Shown here one piece after another: positions 9,379 through 17,942 of a stretch of DNA of 41,117 nucleotides. This stretch comes from Promethearchaeota archaeon (GTDB lineage Archaea; Asgardarchaeota; Lokiarchaeia; Sigyniarchaeales; SOKP01), in contig JBHLPN010000004.1 in assembly GCA_048939445.1 (NCBI GenBank), positions 1-41,117 of the forward strand. Direction: 5' to 3'. The translations under genes and the position numbers were made by a program. The notes beneath the pieces were generated by a model. It had not been told where the DNA came from, searched no databases, and saw nothing but the letters and a program-made list of their open reading frames with translations. Every line of letters begins with the position of its first letter. Position 1 is the stretch's first letter.

Positions 9379-9501
9379 AAAAAAAAGCTTTATCTTATTT
9401 ACCTATTTTTACTAAAATATTATTCTTCTTACTAGTTAATTTATCATACGCTAATCTCTTAATAAATTGTAAACCTATCAAAATAAAAAAGAAAAAAAAG
9501 T

Positions 9502-11304
9502 TTATTTTGGTTTTTTGGTTCTTATTTTTCCTTTCTTGACGAGATATACCACAATAATTACTCCAATAACAGCACCTTCTGCTAGACAGAGAATCAGTAA
9601 AATAGTACTTAGATCTAAAGCTAAACCACCTGTTGGGGCAGTGCAGATATTACCCTCAAAAATATTACCTGTGCTGGCTGTTTCATTATAACAATCACCA
9701 TTACCTAAAAATAGGTTATTGATGACTTTGTTATTATCACTATTGTCTAAAAAGGTGCCAATCTTGTTATTATTGGCTGTGTTCGCTAAGATAGTATTAT
9801 CATTGCTTCCCTCTAAATGAATTCCATTCTCACTATTGGAATTCGCGGTATTAGCGGTTAGAACAAGATCATTGCATGAATCAATAAATAATCCGTGTTC
9901 TTCATTGTAACTTGCTATATTATTTATTAATAAATTATCATTACTATTACCAGAGAGATAAATTCCACTTAAGTTGTTATATTGGGCAAGATTAGATTTA
10001 ATTATATTCCATTGACTACCACCACTTACTTGTATACCATAAAAATTATTATGGTGAGCATTGTTGTTCTCAATTACAGATTCATCTCCAGATGAAAGTA
10101 ATATACCCAACCTTTTATTTTCATAAACTGTATTGTAAGTACATGTCATATTGAATAAATTCATCATACGTATTCCATGCCAAGTATTATTGTAAGCAGT
10201 ATTGTGGGATATAATTGAGTGATCACAATTATCGACTGAAACACCCAAAAAAGCATTATGGTTAGTAGTGCAATAGGTTATAGCACTATTATCACTATTA
10301 GAACCCAATATACCAGTATCACTGTTAAAATTTGCGGTGTTTAGGGATATTATATTATATTCACTAGAAGAAACAAAAAGAATTCCAAATACATTATCAT
10401 TTGCTGTATTTGATAAAATATTATTTCTAGTACTAAGGACTAAGTAAATTCCATATTGTGTATTATCATTGACTTCATTGTTAGAGATAGTGTTTCTATG
10501 ACTGTCATCAAGATAAATTCCATTCTCTCCATTACGATTTGCAGTATTTCCGATTAAATTATTATAATTACATTCTATATTTAACGTAATTCCATCCCAA
10601 TTTTGATTATCATTAGCAATATTATTAGAAATGGTATTATACATGCTTATTGTGAGATAAATTCCTCTAGCTGTATTTGCTGAAACATTGTTATTAGAGA
10701 TCGTGTTGAAACGAGAACTTGATAAATACATGCCTGTACTAGTGGAATAAATATGATTTCCCTCTAATTTAGTATCATTTACATTAACTAATTCGAATCC
10801 TCTAAAATTATTATATGATTCACAATCAATGACCTCTCCATTAGTAGTATTATAAAGATATAGTCCAGCATCAGTACCAGATGAATCTCTGAAAGTACAA
10901 TCAATAATTCTAAAATGGACTCTTGAATTCATTATTCTTAAACAATCTCCAGAACCAGAACTATATTCAAAAATATGGTTTACTATTACATATGGACTGC
11001 CAGGTGTACCGGATCCAGTACATATACCGGTTGCTAGTGCCCATGCCCAATTACCAGAAGTTGATGTATTTGTTGTTAATAACGCATCAATTTCAATATC
11101 ATTAAATGTAGCTGAAATTCTTAATGATTTAGTATCGTCATATACTCCAATAGCTACCCTTGAAATATAAAAATTAGTACTTATTGTAAATGCTATCATT
11201 GAAGTTGTTAGAAATAGTGTTATTAAGAACACAAATTTTTGGTTTTTTCTATTTAACATTAATTTGACCCTTTTTTTTATAAAATTGTATGCAATCAATG
11301 ACAA
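9502..11304 (-). CDS. Membrane-anchored right-handed parallel beta-helix repeat (PbH1 / NosD-like) surface protein
   Basis: 600-aa ORF with an N-terminal anchor (FVFLITLFLTTSMIAFTI). It has about 17-18 consecutive 22-23-aa repeats of the type N-x-I-x-x-N-x-x-x-x-N-x-x-x-G-I-x-L (e.g. NTISNNNVSANTARGIYL, NTISNNEVNDNTQYGIYL, NLLINNIASYNEEHGLFI). The C-terminal TM is ILLILCLAEGAVIGVIIVVYLV, followed by KKGKIRTKKPK. Confidence 0.85.
   Translation of the reverse strand: MSLIAYNFIKKRVKLMLNRKNQKFVFLITLFLTTSMIAFTISTNFYISRVAIGVYDDTKSLRISATFNDIEIDALLTTNTSTSGNWAWALATGICTGSGTPGSPYVIVNHIFEYSSGSGDCLRIMNSRVHFRIIDCTFRDSSGTDAGLYLYNTTNGEVIDCESYNNFRGFELVNVNDTKLEGNHIYSTSTGMYLSSSRFNTISNNNVSANTARGIYLTISMYNTISNNIANDNQNWDGITLNIECNYNNLIGNTANRNGENGIYLDDSHRNTISNNEVNDNTQYGIYLVLSTRNNILSNTANDNVFGILFVSSSEYNIISLNTANFNSDTGILGSNSDNSAITYCTTNHNAFLGVSVDNCDHSIISHNTAYNNTWHGIRMMNLFNMTCTYNTVYENKRLGILLSSGDESVIENNNAHHNNFYGIQVSGGSQWNIIKSNLAQYNNLSGIYLSGNSNDNLLINNIASYNEEHGLFIDSCNDLVLTANTANSNSENGIHLEGSNDNTILANTANNNKIGTFLDNSDNNKVINNLFLGNGDCYNETASTGNIFEGNICTAPTGGLALDLSTILLILCLAEGAVIGVIIVVYLVKKGKIRTKKPK
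9694..10947 (-). repeat. Degenerate tandem coding repeats with a period of about 66-69 nt, encoding the beta-helix coils
   Basis: The periodicity is visible in the protein (residues about 120-537 of the 600-aa product). At the DNA level the repeats are diverged. Confidence 0.6.
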
Positions 11305-11436
11305 TTTAAATATTTAAATCTATTACATTACTCCCTTAATTTATCTTAACATTAAAAGTGAGAATTTTTCGCAAATATAAAGAATTGAGTTAAAAAATTC
11401 ACAAAGGTTTTTCAAGAGTAGATTCTAAAAAAATGT

Positions 11437-12384
11437 ATGTCATTTGATTTTGTGAAAAAGTTGGATTTTGAATCATACTTCTTTGACTTGTATAAACTCT
11501 CAACAAGTGCTTATGGAGCTATTGCTAAGGAACACTCTGGTATGGGAGGAAATGCGGGTTTTATTGATATTGAAGACTATTTGATAATTGTTGATACTAC
11601 CGGAGATGTAGATGCTGCTAAAGATTTAAAAAATGCTGCTTTTCAATACACACAAAAGAAACCTAATTTCATTGTGATAACCCATTATCATATGGATCAT
11701 CTTATGGGGACCTCTCTATTTGACTTATCAACTCAAATAATAACATCTGATCGAACATTAAAAAATATACAAACAGAAGGCAGGAAAAGAATTGAAGAAT
11801 TTAAGAATATGGATTTAGAAGAAATGGAAGAATCTCTTAAAACTGAAATTGAGGAAGACAAAAGAAAAGAACTTGAGAATGATCTTAAGTTTCTTAAAAC
11901 TGTTCGCTCAGATGATTTTTCTCTTCGAGAACCTAATCTAACGTTTAAAGAAGGGTGCGTTATATATGGAAAAGGTAAGTCCGTTCAATTGCGAACTTTT
12001 AATAAAGCTCATACGGATGGGGATGTAATAATCTATATCCCAGAGGAAAAAGTACTATTCGCAGGAGATCTTTTGTTTGCACGAAGAGATCCTTGGCTAG
12101 GTTCCGGAGATCCAGAAGGATGGATCTCAGTTAATAATGAATTAATGGCAATTGATTTTAAGGTTTGTATTCCTGGACATGGACAATTATCATCCAAAGA
12201 TGAATTTTCTCTAGAAAATAAATATATTAAGGAAATTCTTGAATTAGTTAAAAACAGAATTGATGCTGGAGAAGATCCAACCCAAATAAAAAGAGAAGAT
12301 TTTTCTAAAGGATTACAATCTTGGAAGAGTCCCATATTAGAATGGAATATTAATTTTCTTACCGAATATTTAAAAAAATCTTAA
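11437..12384 (+). CDS. MBL-fold metallo-hydrolase (copy 1)
   Basis: 315-aa ORF with HxHxDH (ITHYHMDH), a downstream His/Asp (KAHTDGD), GDLLF and a terminal PGHG. A charged helical insert (EEMEESLKTEIEEDKRKELENDLKFLK) sits between the metal motifs. Confidence 0.85.
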   Translation: MSFDFVKKLDFESYFFDLYKLSTSAYGAIAKEHSGMGGNAGFIDIEDYLIIVDTTGDVDAAKDLKNAAFQYTQKKPNFIVITHYHMDHLMGTSLFDLSTQIITSDRTLKNIQTEGRKRIEEFKNMDLEEMEESLKTEIEEDKRKELENDLKFLKTVRSDDFSLREPNLTFKEGCVIYGKGKSVQLRTFNKAHTDGDVIIYIPEEKVLFAGDLLFARRDPWLGSGDPEGWISVNNELMAIDFKVCIPGHGQLSSKDEFSLENKYIKEILELVKNRIDAGEDPTQIKREDFSKGLQSWKSPILEWNINFLTEYLKKS

Positions 12385-12544
12385 TTTCTTTTGATGAATG
12401 ATATGATGCTCTTCTATTAAATGCTTAACAATTATTTCAAGTTTTATATATAGTTCATTTGAAGTTCATGAATTTAATCTATAAATAAATTTATTACATT
12501 CTATAAATTATTTTACCGATTTTAATAATTTTTGTTGAAACCCT

Positions 12545-13384
12545 GTGAATTACAAAAAAATTAGTTTTGAATCCAATTATTTTGATCTTTATGAACTTAC
12601 AGATGGAATTTTTGCAGCAATATCAAAAAAAGATTCAGGATCAAGCGTAAGTGCGGGATTCTTTGATTTAGGAAGTTATATTATTATTTTTGATACTCAT
12701 ATATATCCAGGAGCGGCCCATGATTTATATAGCGCAATAAAGGAATTATGTGGCAAAGATCCTTCATTTATTGTTAACAGTCATTTTCATAGTGATCATC
12801 TTTTTGGTAATTGCCTCTTTCCAGAAAGCATTCCAATTATTAGTACACCCATTACACTGAATAAAATTAAAGAAGAATGCTTTGATCACCTTAAACACTT
12901 TCAAGAAACTGCTGAAGAAGAAGTCAAAAAGCGTAAGGAAATGTTAAGTGCTGATAATCCTCCATTTAGTGAGCAAGAAATTTATAATGATTTAGAATTC
13001 TATAATTATGTAACAAATCCTAACTTCAAAATCAGATTGCCAGATTTTTTGATTAATAATGATGCTATAATTAATGGATCAAAAAGAACCGTCCATTTGA
13101 TTCCAAAGAGTCCTGGACACACTGATTCTGACATTATAGCTTATTTCCCAAATGAAAGAATTTGCTTTATGGGGGATTTATTATTTGCTGATTTAGATGA
13201 TAGTTGGGCTCCAAGTGAAACTGGGAGATTTAATGCTGTTAATCCACCAAAATTATATGGAATTTTAGAAGCCCTAATAGAGAAAGACATTGAAATATAT
13301 GTACCTGGACATGGAGCCTTATCCACAAAAGAAGAAGTTCAGATGAATATGGACTTCATAAAAAAGCATTTCTTGAAAGATTAA
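12545..13384 (+). CDS. MBL-fold metallo-hydrolase (copy 2, tandem paralog)
   Basis: 279-aa ORF with a GTG start. Motifs are NSHFHSDH, PGHTDSD, GDLLFAD and VPGHG. The N-terminus is colinear with copy 1 (FESNYFDLYELTDGIFAAISKKDSG vs FESYFFDLYKLSTSAYGAIAKEHSG). Confidence 0.85.
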   Translation: MNYKKISFESNYFDLYELTDGIFAAISKKDSGSSVSAGFFDLGSYIIIFDTHIYPGAAHDLYSAIKELCGKDPSFIVNSHFHSDHLFGNCLFPESIPIISTPITLNKIKEECFDHLKHFQETAEEEVKKRKEMLSADNPPFSEQEIYNDLEFYNYVTNPNFKIRLPDFLINNDAIINGSKRTVHLIPKSPGHTDSDIIAYFPNERICFMGDLLFADLDDSWAPSETGRFNAVNPPKLYGILEALIEKDIEIYVPGHGALSTKEEVQMNMDFIKKHFLKD

Positions 13385-13433
13385 GGTCTAATCAAACAAT
13401 CCTAAATCTTTCCTATTGAAACTTAAAAACAAT

Positions 13434-14480
13434 TCAAAGAAGATTCTTTTCTTTTATAATTTTATAATATTTGTCCCGTTCTTGCTGCACAAGTTGTAAT
13501 TCTTCTTTCAGATCTATTAATTCCCGTTTAATATTCTCCTTTTCATTAGACACACCCAAAATTTTGTTGTTCAATTTCTTAATCTCGAGTTCTAAATTTG
13601 GAATTGATTCGGTATCCCTTTTTGCTTTTAAAACTTCGAATTTCAACTTTTTATTAGTTTCATTCAAATTATTAATTTCTTGATTAAGAGTCTCATTCTC
13701 AAGTTTAATTTTTTTAATTTCAGCCAGTATTTTTTCCGCTCCTTTTTCAATTTCATCCGTATCACCTAATTTTGCTTTTAAGTTATTAATTCGTTCATCT
13801 TTCTGGTCTAATGCTAATTTTTGCACATTAATTAATCTATTTAATTCCCTATGTTTTGCTGTTAAAGACGCATTGTATTCATTTAATTCAGCCATTTGAC
13901 TACTCCAATTTTCCAATTTTGAGTATAGCTCGGTTACTTCATCTTTTAAAGCTTCTACGTTTCTAAGATGTTCTGACCTATCCGAAACTAACATAGAGAC
14001 TTTTTGAGCAAGATCATCAATTCTTAATTTTTTTTCCCCTATTTCTTGTTCGAGTTCTTGCCGTTCTTGCCAATATGCATCAAGCTCTCCTTTCTCTAAC
14101 AAATTATAGGATTTTGCAAATAGTTCTTTAAATTTTTTTTCTTTTCTTTTTGGTAATAATTCAAAGGCGATTCTTCGTACCTGTCCCTCAAAATTACTTG
14201 GAAGAACGTCCTCATCAGAAAGAAACACTGTGATTACATGATCTTCCTTCCCTATAAAGTGTTTAGAGGAATGGCCGGTGAAAAAACTTGCCACACTAAG
14301 ATCACGTTTTATTTGCATTTCAAGATAATTGGGACCAGTCCTTACTCTCTTATGTTCTTCAAAGACAGTTGATAGCATTGAATCTGTGACACCCAATTCT
14401 TCACATGCATTCTCGGGATATTCGATATCAATAGAAAACTTTGATTTTTTATTCAGATGAAGAATCACAATTCCTTTCAA
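13434..14480 (-). CDS. Hypothetical protein with an N-terminal mixed alpha/beta domain of about 125 aa (longin/roadblock-like by eye) and a coiled coil of about 210 aa
   Basis: 348-aa ORF. The N-terminus (MKGIVILHLNKKSKFSIDIEYP...NYLEMQIKRDLSVASFFTG...HVITVFLSDED...FEGQVRRIAFELL) suggests a bb-a-bbb-a pattern. The remainder is heptad-rich and E/K/L/N-rich (EQEIGEKKLRIDDLAQKVSMLV ... LKEELQLVQQERDKYYKIIKEK). There is no TM segment. Confidence 0.7.
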   Translation of the reverse strand: MKGIVILHLNKKSKFSIDIEYPENACEELGVTDSMLSTVFEEHKRVRTGPNYLEMQIKRDLSVASFFTGHSSKHFIGKEDHVITVFLSDEDVLPSNFEGQVRRIAFELLPKRKEKKFKELFAKSYNLLEKGELDAYWQERQELEQEIGEKKLRIDDLAQKVSMLVSDRSEHLRNVEALKDEVTELYSKLENWSSQMAELNEYNASLTAKHRELNRLINVQKLALDQKDERINNLKAKLGDTDEIEKGAEKILAEIKKIKLENETLNQEINNLNETNKKLKFEVLKAKRDTESIPNLELEIKKLNNKILGVSNEKENIKRELIDLKEELQLVQQERDKYYKIIKEKNLL

Positions 14481-14578
14481 AATGTAAGCTCTTAAGAGAA
14501 ATTAATTTTCTAATACCTAATGTGCTAGTGAAAATTCATCCTAAAAAATATAATAGTTATTTTACGAATGTGTCCAAT

Positions 14579-16141
14579 CTAAGTGTAAATATGTGAAAAA
14601 GTGTCTACAGTTTTTATAACATCCATAGCTAAATAATTTTGTTTAAAAACAGAAGCAAAAAAAGCACGATCTTCCGGGGTGAAATAATTATAACCAAATT
14701 TTTTCCATTCCATACTGGATTGTAAGGGAGCAAAAAGAGTTATCTGATCTTTTACCAGATTCATCAGTAAAATATTTCTCTCTTGTTTGGTACTATTTGA
14801 TATTGTTGTTAATAAAACATCTTCATTAAAAGTATTCCATGCATCTTTAAATTGTATACAAAATCTTTTAATATCGATTTTATTTTCAACAATTAATCTT
14901 GCTAATGCCATTATGGATGTCTTATAGGTACTCATTTTATTTTGATGAAATAAAGGATTAGAAACAATTATACTTGGTACCGATTTTGTTTCTTTCTGAT
15001 TTTGAGATGTATTATACTCTGGTAAAATTCTTAACTGGTTTAATCCAAGAATATTTCTAATGTCTTCAATAGTTCCTCCTGTATCGAAGAATTGCTTATT
15101 AATAATATATTTCATTAATTTTTGAGCATGAGCGTCCCCAAAATATGGATAATCTGAAGCATAGAGAAGATATTCTGACCAATCTCGATTGTCTATACTT
15201 CTTTTGTTATTAGAATGAAACCATCTTCGAAAACTTTCAAAAAAATTCCCGGCACCCGCACCATGTAACATTGAAAGATCTCCATATGTATTTGGCTGGA
15301 CAATAGTATTATACACTTCATAATCATCAATGTTTCCTTGAGCAAAATGTGCTATTATTACCTTAAAGTGGGGTAATAAATCAGAATACTTAGATTGAAT
15401 TACATTCCTTGTAGATCGAATTAATTTTCCGATTTCCAAAATTGAACCTCTCCCTCTTGTATCAAAAATAACTGGTAAAGAATAGCTAGCAGCTTCAATG
15501 AGAACATTTATTACTTTTTCAGAAGTCATTTTGTCAATATATCCTTCTGATCTAGGATGTAATTTTAAACCCCGAAGTCCTAGTGTTTCCCTTATATACT
15601 TCACTTCATTTACAGCTTTTTGCCCTTCCATTGGATCACAACGACCATACCCAATTAGTTTCATGGAAAAAGGAAATTTGGTTGTAAATCTGGAAATATT
15701 TATGTTACTTGCTCTATACAATGCCTCGGGATGTTTATCCCGAAATACATCCTGAAATGGGAAGCAAACACCCTGATCTATAAATGAGTAAAATTTAGAT
15801 TTTTCTTTTAAATCAGAAAATCGTTTTCCTAGCTTTTCAAGCTCGCCATATAGCTTGTCTGTAAAAGGAAAAGGTGTGAAAGACCAAGAAATTTTTGTGA
15901 ACTTCCCATCCATCGTAGTTGTAAAAGATTGTTCTCCAGTCTTCTCCCAATCCGCTTTTATTCTACCTTGGACATTACCCCAGAAATCGAAAGTTCCTAC
16001 TCCTGGTGCTAAAGGATTCATCATAGTAGCACCGTCTACGTCCTGACCTAGATGAGAATGAGCATCAATAATAACTAAATTTTCTACTCTTTTTTTTCCA
16101 TCTTGTTCTATAGTACATGTTAACATTAATTTGACCCTCAA
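14579..16141 (-). CDS. Amidohydrolase-superfamily (TIM-barrel metal-dependent hydrolase, Amidohydro_2-like) protein with a C-terminal extension of about 140 aa
   Basis: 520-aa ORF. Motifs are VIIDAHSHLG (HxH), GLKLHPRSEG, VIIAHFAQG and YASDYPYFGD. It lies 16 nt downstream of the ligase gene on the same strand. Confidence 0.8.
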   Translation of the reverse strand: MRVKLMLTCTIEQDGKKRVENLVIIDAHSHLGQDVDGATMMNPLAPGVGTFDFWGNVQGRIKADWEKTGEQSFTTTMDGKFTKISWSFTPFPFTDKLYGELEKLGKRFSDLKEKSKFYSFIDQGVCFPFQDVFRDKHPEALYRASNINISRFTTKFPFSMKLIGYGRCDPMEGQKAVNEVKYIRETLGLRGLKLHPRSEGYIDKMTSEKVINVLIEAASYSLPVIFDTRGRGSILEIGKLIRSTRNVIQSKYSDLLPHFKVIIAHFAQGNIDDYEVYNTIVQPNTYGDLSMLHGAGAGNFFESFRRWFHSNNKRSIDNRDWSEYLLYASDYPYFGDAHAQKLMKYIINKQFFDTGGTIEDIRNILGLNQLRILPEYNTSQNQKETKSVPSIIVSNPLFHQNKMSTYKTSIMALARLIVENKIDIKRFCIQFKDAWNTFNEDVLLTTISNSTKQERNILLMNLVKDQITLFAPLQSSMEWKKFGYNYFTPEDRAFFASVFKQNYLAMDVIKTVDTFSHIYT

Positions 16142-16157
16142 TTTTTAAAAATGATAT

Positions 16158-17828
16158 CTAATCCCTCATTTCTTTTGGAAGGGTTAAAGTACCTGTAAGT
16201 GGATTATTTAAAGGATCTTGACAATATTGAATTGTAAAATAAATCAAATCATATAAGATGCTTGGATCCTCTCCATTTTTTAATTTGTAATCATAAAGGG
16301 AAAGTTGATATTCTGCTTCAGTAATCGGTGGTTCAGCATAAGAAACACTGCCAAAAACAGATTGTAAAATTGGTTTCATAAATGGAGAATATAAAAAGCC
16401 TAATTCTTTTAATTCATCCTTTAAATAAAAAAACATTCTCTGAACTGCCTGCATCATATAACGAACAGGTTGATTTTTTGGTCCTAAATATTGTTCTGCA
16501 AACTCACGGTCATACTGTGATAGCTTTTCTCGAGTGAGATCAGGAGCAGGGCGAAATAAAGCAATTAAACCTCGTTCAATTGCATTCTTACGATTTGGTG
16601 CTATTGTATAACTTCCCGCATCAGGCACCCATACACCACGTTTCAGCAATTTTCTTGCTTTATAACACATAGCTTGTATTAAAAGGGCTATACCAATTCG
16701 GCGGCAAATGGAAATTTGCGCATCACTTATACGTACTTCAATAGTACCCCAATCAGTGAAAGGAAAAACATCTTGAAAGCGACCATCCTCTAAACTAGCT
16801 TTTTGTACGATTTGAAGAAAATAGTTTTGTGAATTTTGATCTGATGAGGTTAAATATGGAATAAAATGATTAGGATCATTGTTGCTTAACATAGTAGTAT
16901 TATATTTTAATCGTAAAGATCTGACACAATTCGGTGCTGTGATTCTACCATTTATAATTTTGACGACATCTGTAGGTTTATTATTTAAAATTGGTGAATT
17001 ACATGTGAGAGCTATGATATGAGGTATAAAATTTCTAATCATACAATAAGCCTGAATCTTTTCTAAATCTGATTCAAAAGTTCCTAAATGAGAGTGATCT
17101 GCCTGGCTTACCCCACGCATATATTCTTGAGTTGCTGGATTTATAGCAGAGGCGATTATATGTAAATCTTTTGGTAATGTTGCTTTTGCTAATAAGAATA
17201 GGGTGCTCGCCCAGAATGCTAGTTCTTCAACATAAACACATGGAGGTGTCACAAGTTCTAATATATACGTAATCGCTGTTACATTTCCATCTCTTGCAAA
17301 TGTATCAATATCAACATAAGAGTCTCCCAAAGCATAACGGATATCCATAGCATAACCCTTTTCAAGATCATCTCGACCCCAAGGTCTTGCTAATACTTTC
17401 TGTCTGATATAGCCTGGTACAGGTAAAAAATCAGTTCTCCCATCATATAGTATCTCATCCATAATTTTGATAGCATCTTTTACAATTTCTTTCATTCGAT
17501 AAACCATTTCTTCGCCAGGAGGATAATTACCATTATCATCTGCTATTATCAACTCCATTTCGATACCATGAGTAAACGGCAAGGCTGTCCAATGTTGAGT
17601 ATCAGCAAGTATATCTGCCCATGATCTTTCAGGGATATATACTTCCTTATAATCTGTTCCTAAAAATAGTTTATCGCCAGATCTATCAATGCTATTACCC
17701 AATGAGACACTTGGTATAGTGACTTTGCCTTTTTTAGCATATAATTGTGAAAAAGTATCTGCTTTTTGTCCAGATTTTTGTTTCTTCTTTTTCTCCTTTT
17801 TTTGTTTCTTTTTTTTGTCTTTTGCCAT
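16158..17828 (-). CDS. Glutamate-cysteine ligase family 2 (GCS2 / YbdK-like carboxylate-amine ligase) with a poly-Lys N-terminal tail
   Basis: 556-aa ORF. GCS2-type motifs in order: FTHGIEMELII, YILELVTPPC, QADHSHLG, ALTCNSPIL, GTIEVRISDAQ. The N-terminus is MAKDKKKKQKKEKKKKQKSGQK. Confidence 0.78.
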   Translation of the reverse strand: MAKDKKKKQKKEKKKKQKSGQKADTFSQLYAKKGKVTIPSVSLGNSIDRSGDKLFLGTDYKEVYIPERSWADILADTQHWTALPFTHGIEMELIIADDNGNYPPGEEMVYRMKEIVKDAIKIMDEILYDGRTDFLPVPGYIRQKVLARPWGRDDLEKGYAMDIRYALGDSYVDIDTFARDGNVTAITYILELVTPPCVYVEELAFWASTLFLLAKATLPKDLHIIASAINPATQEYMRGVSQADHSHLGTFESDLEKIQAYCMIRNFIPHIIALTCNSPILNNKPTDVVKIINGRITAPNCVRSLRLKYNTTMLSNNDPNHFIPYLTSSDQNSQNYFLQIVQKASLEDGRFQDVFPFTDWGTIEVRISDAQISICRRIGIALLIQAMCYKARKLLKRGVWVPDAGSYTIAPNRKNAIERGLIALFRPAPDLTREKLSQYDREFAEQYLGPKNQPVRYMMQAVQRMFFYLKDELKELGFLYSPFMKPILQSVFGSVSYAEPPITEAEYQLSLYDYKLKNGEDPSILYDLIYFTIQYCQDPLNNPLTGTLTLPKEMRD

Positions 17829-17942
17829 TGATGCGTTCCCTTTTTAATGCTTTACACTATTTTCTAACTTTAATATATGTTTCTGTCTAATACAATATAT
17901 ATAAAAAATTTCAATTTTAAATTTTAGTTAATTCTTTTTATT

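Noticed and set aside
9694-10947. Regular periodicity of about 66-69 nt that could suggest a CRISPR-like or satellite array.
   Set aside because: It lies entirely within one long ORF and corresponds to beta-helix (PbH1) coils. The repeats are degenerate at the DNA level and there is no repeat/spacer alternation.
17763-17828. A long purine-rich, poly-A/G coding run (poly-Lys) at the 5' end of the ligase gene, as a possible homopolymer sequencing artefact or slippery site.
   Set aside because: The run is interrupted by G, C and Q/E codons and stays in frame with the downstream conserved domain. Nothing in the sequence indicates a frameshift, so I kept it as a genuine low-complexity tail, mentioned under the ligase finding.
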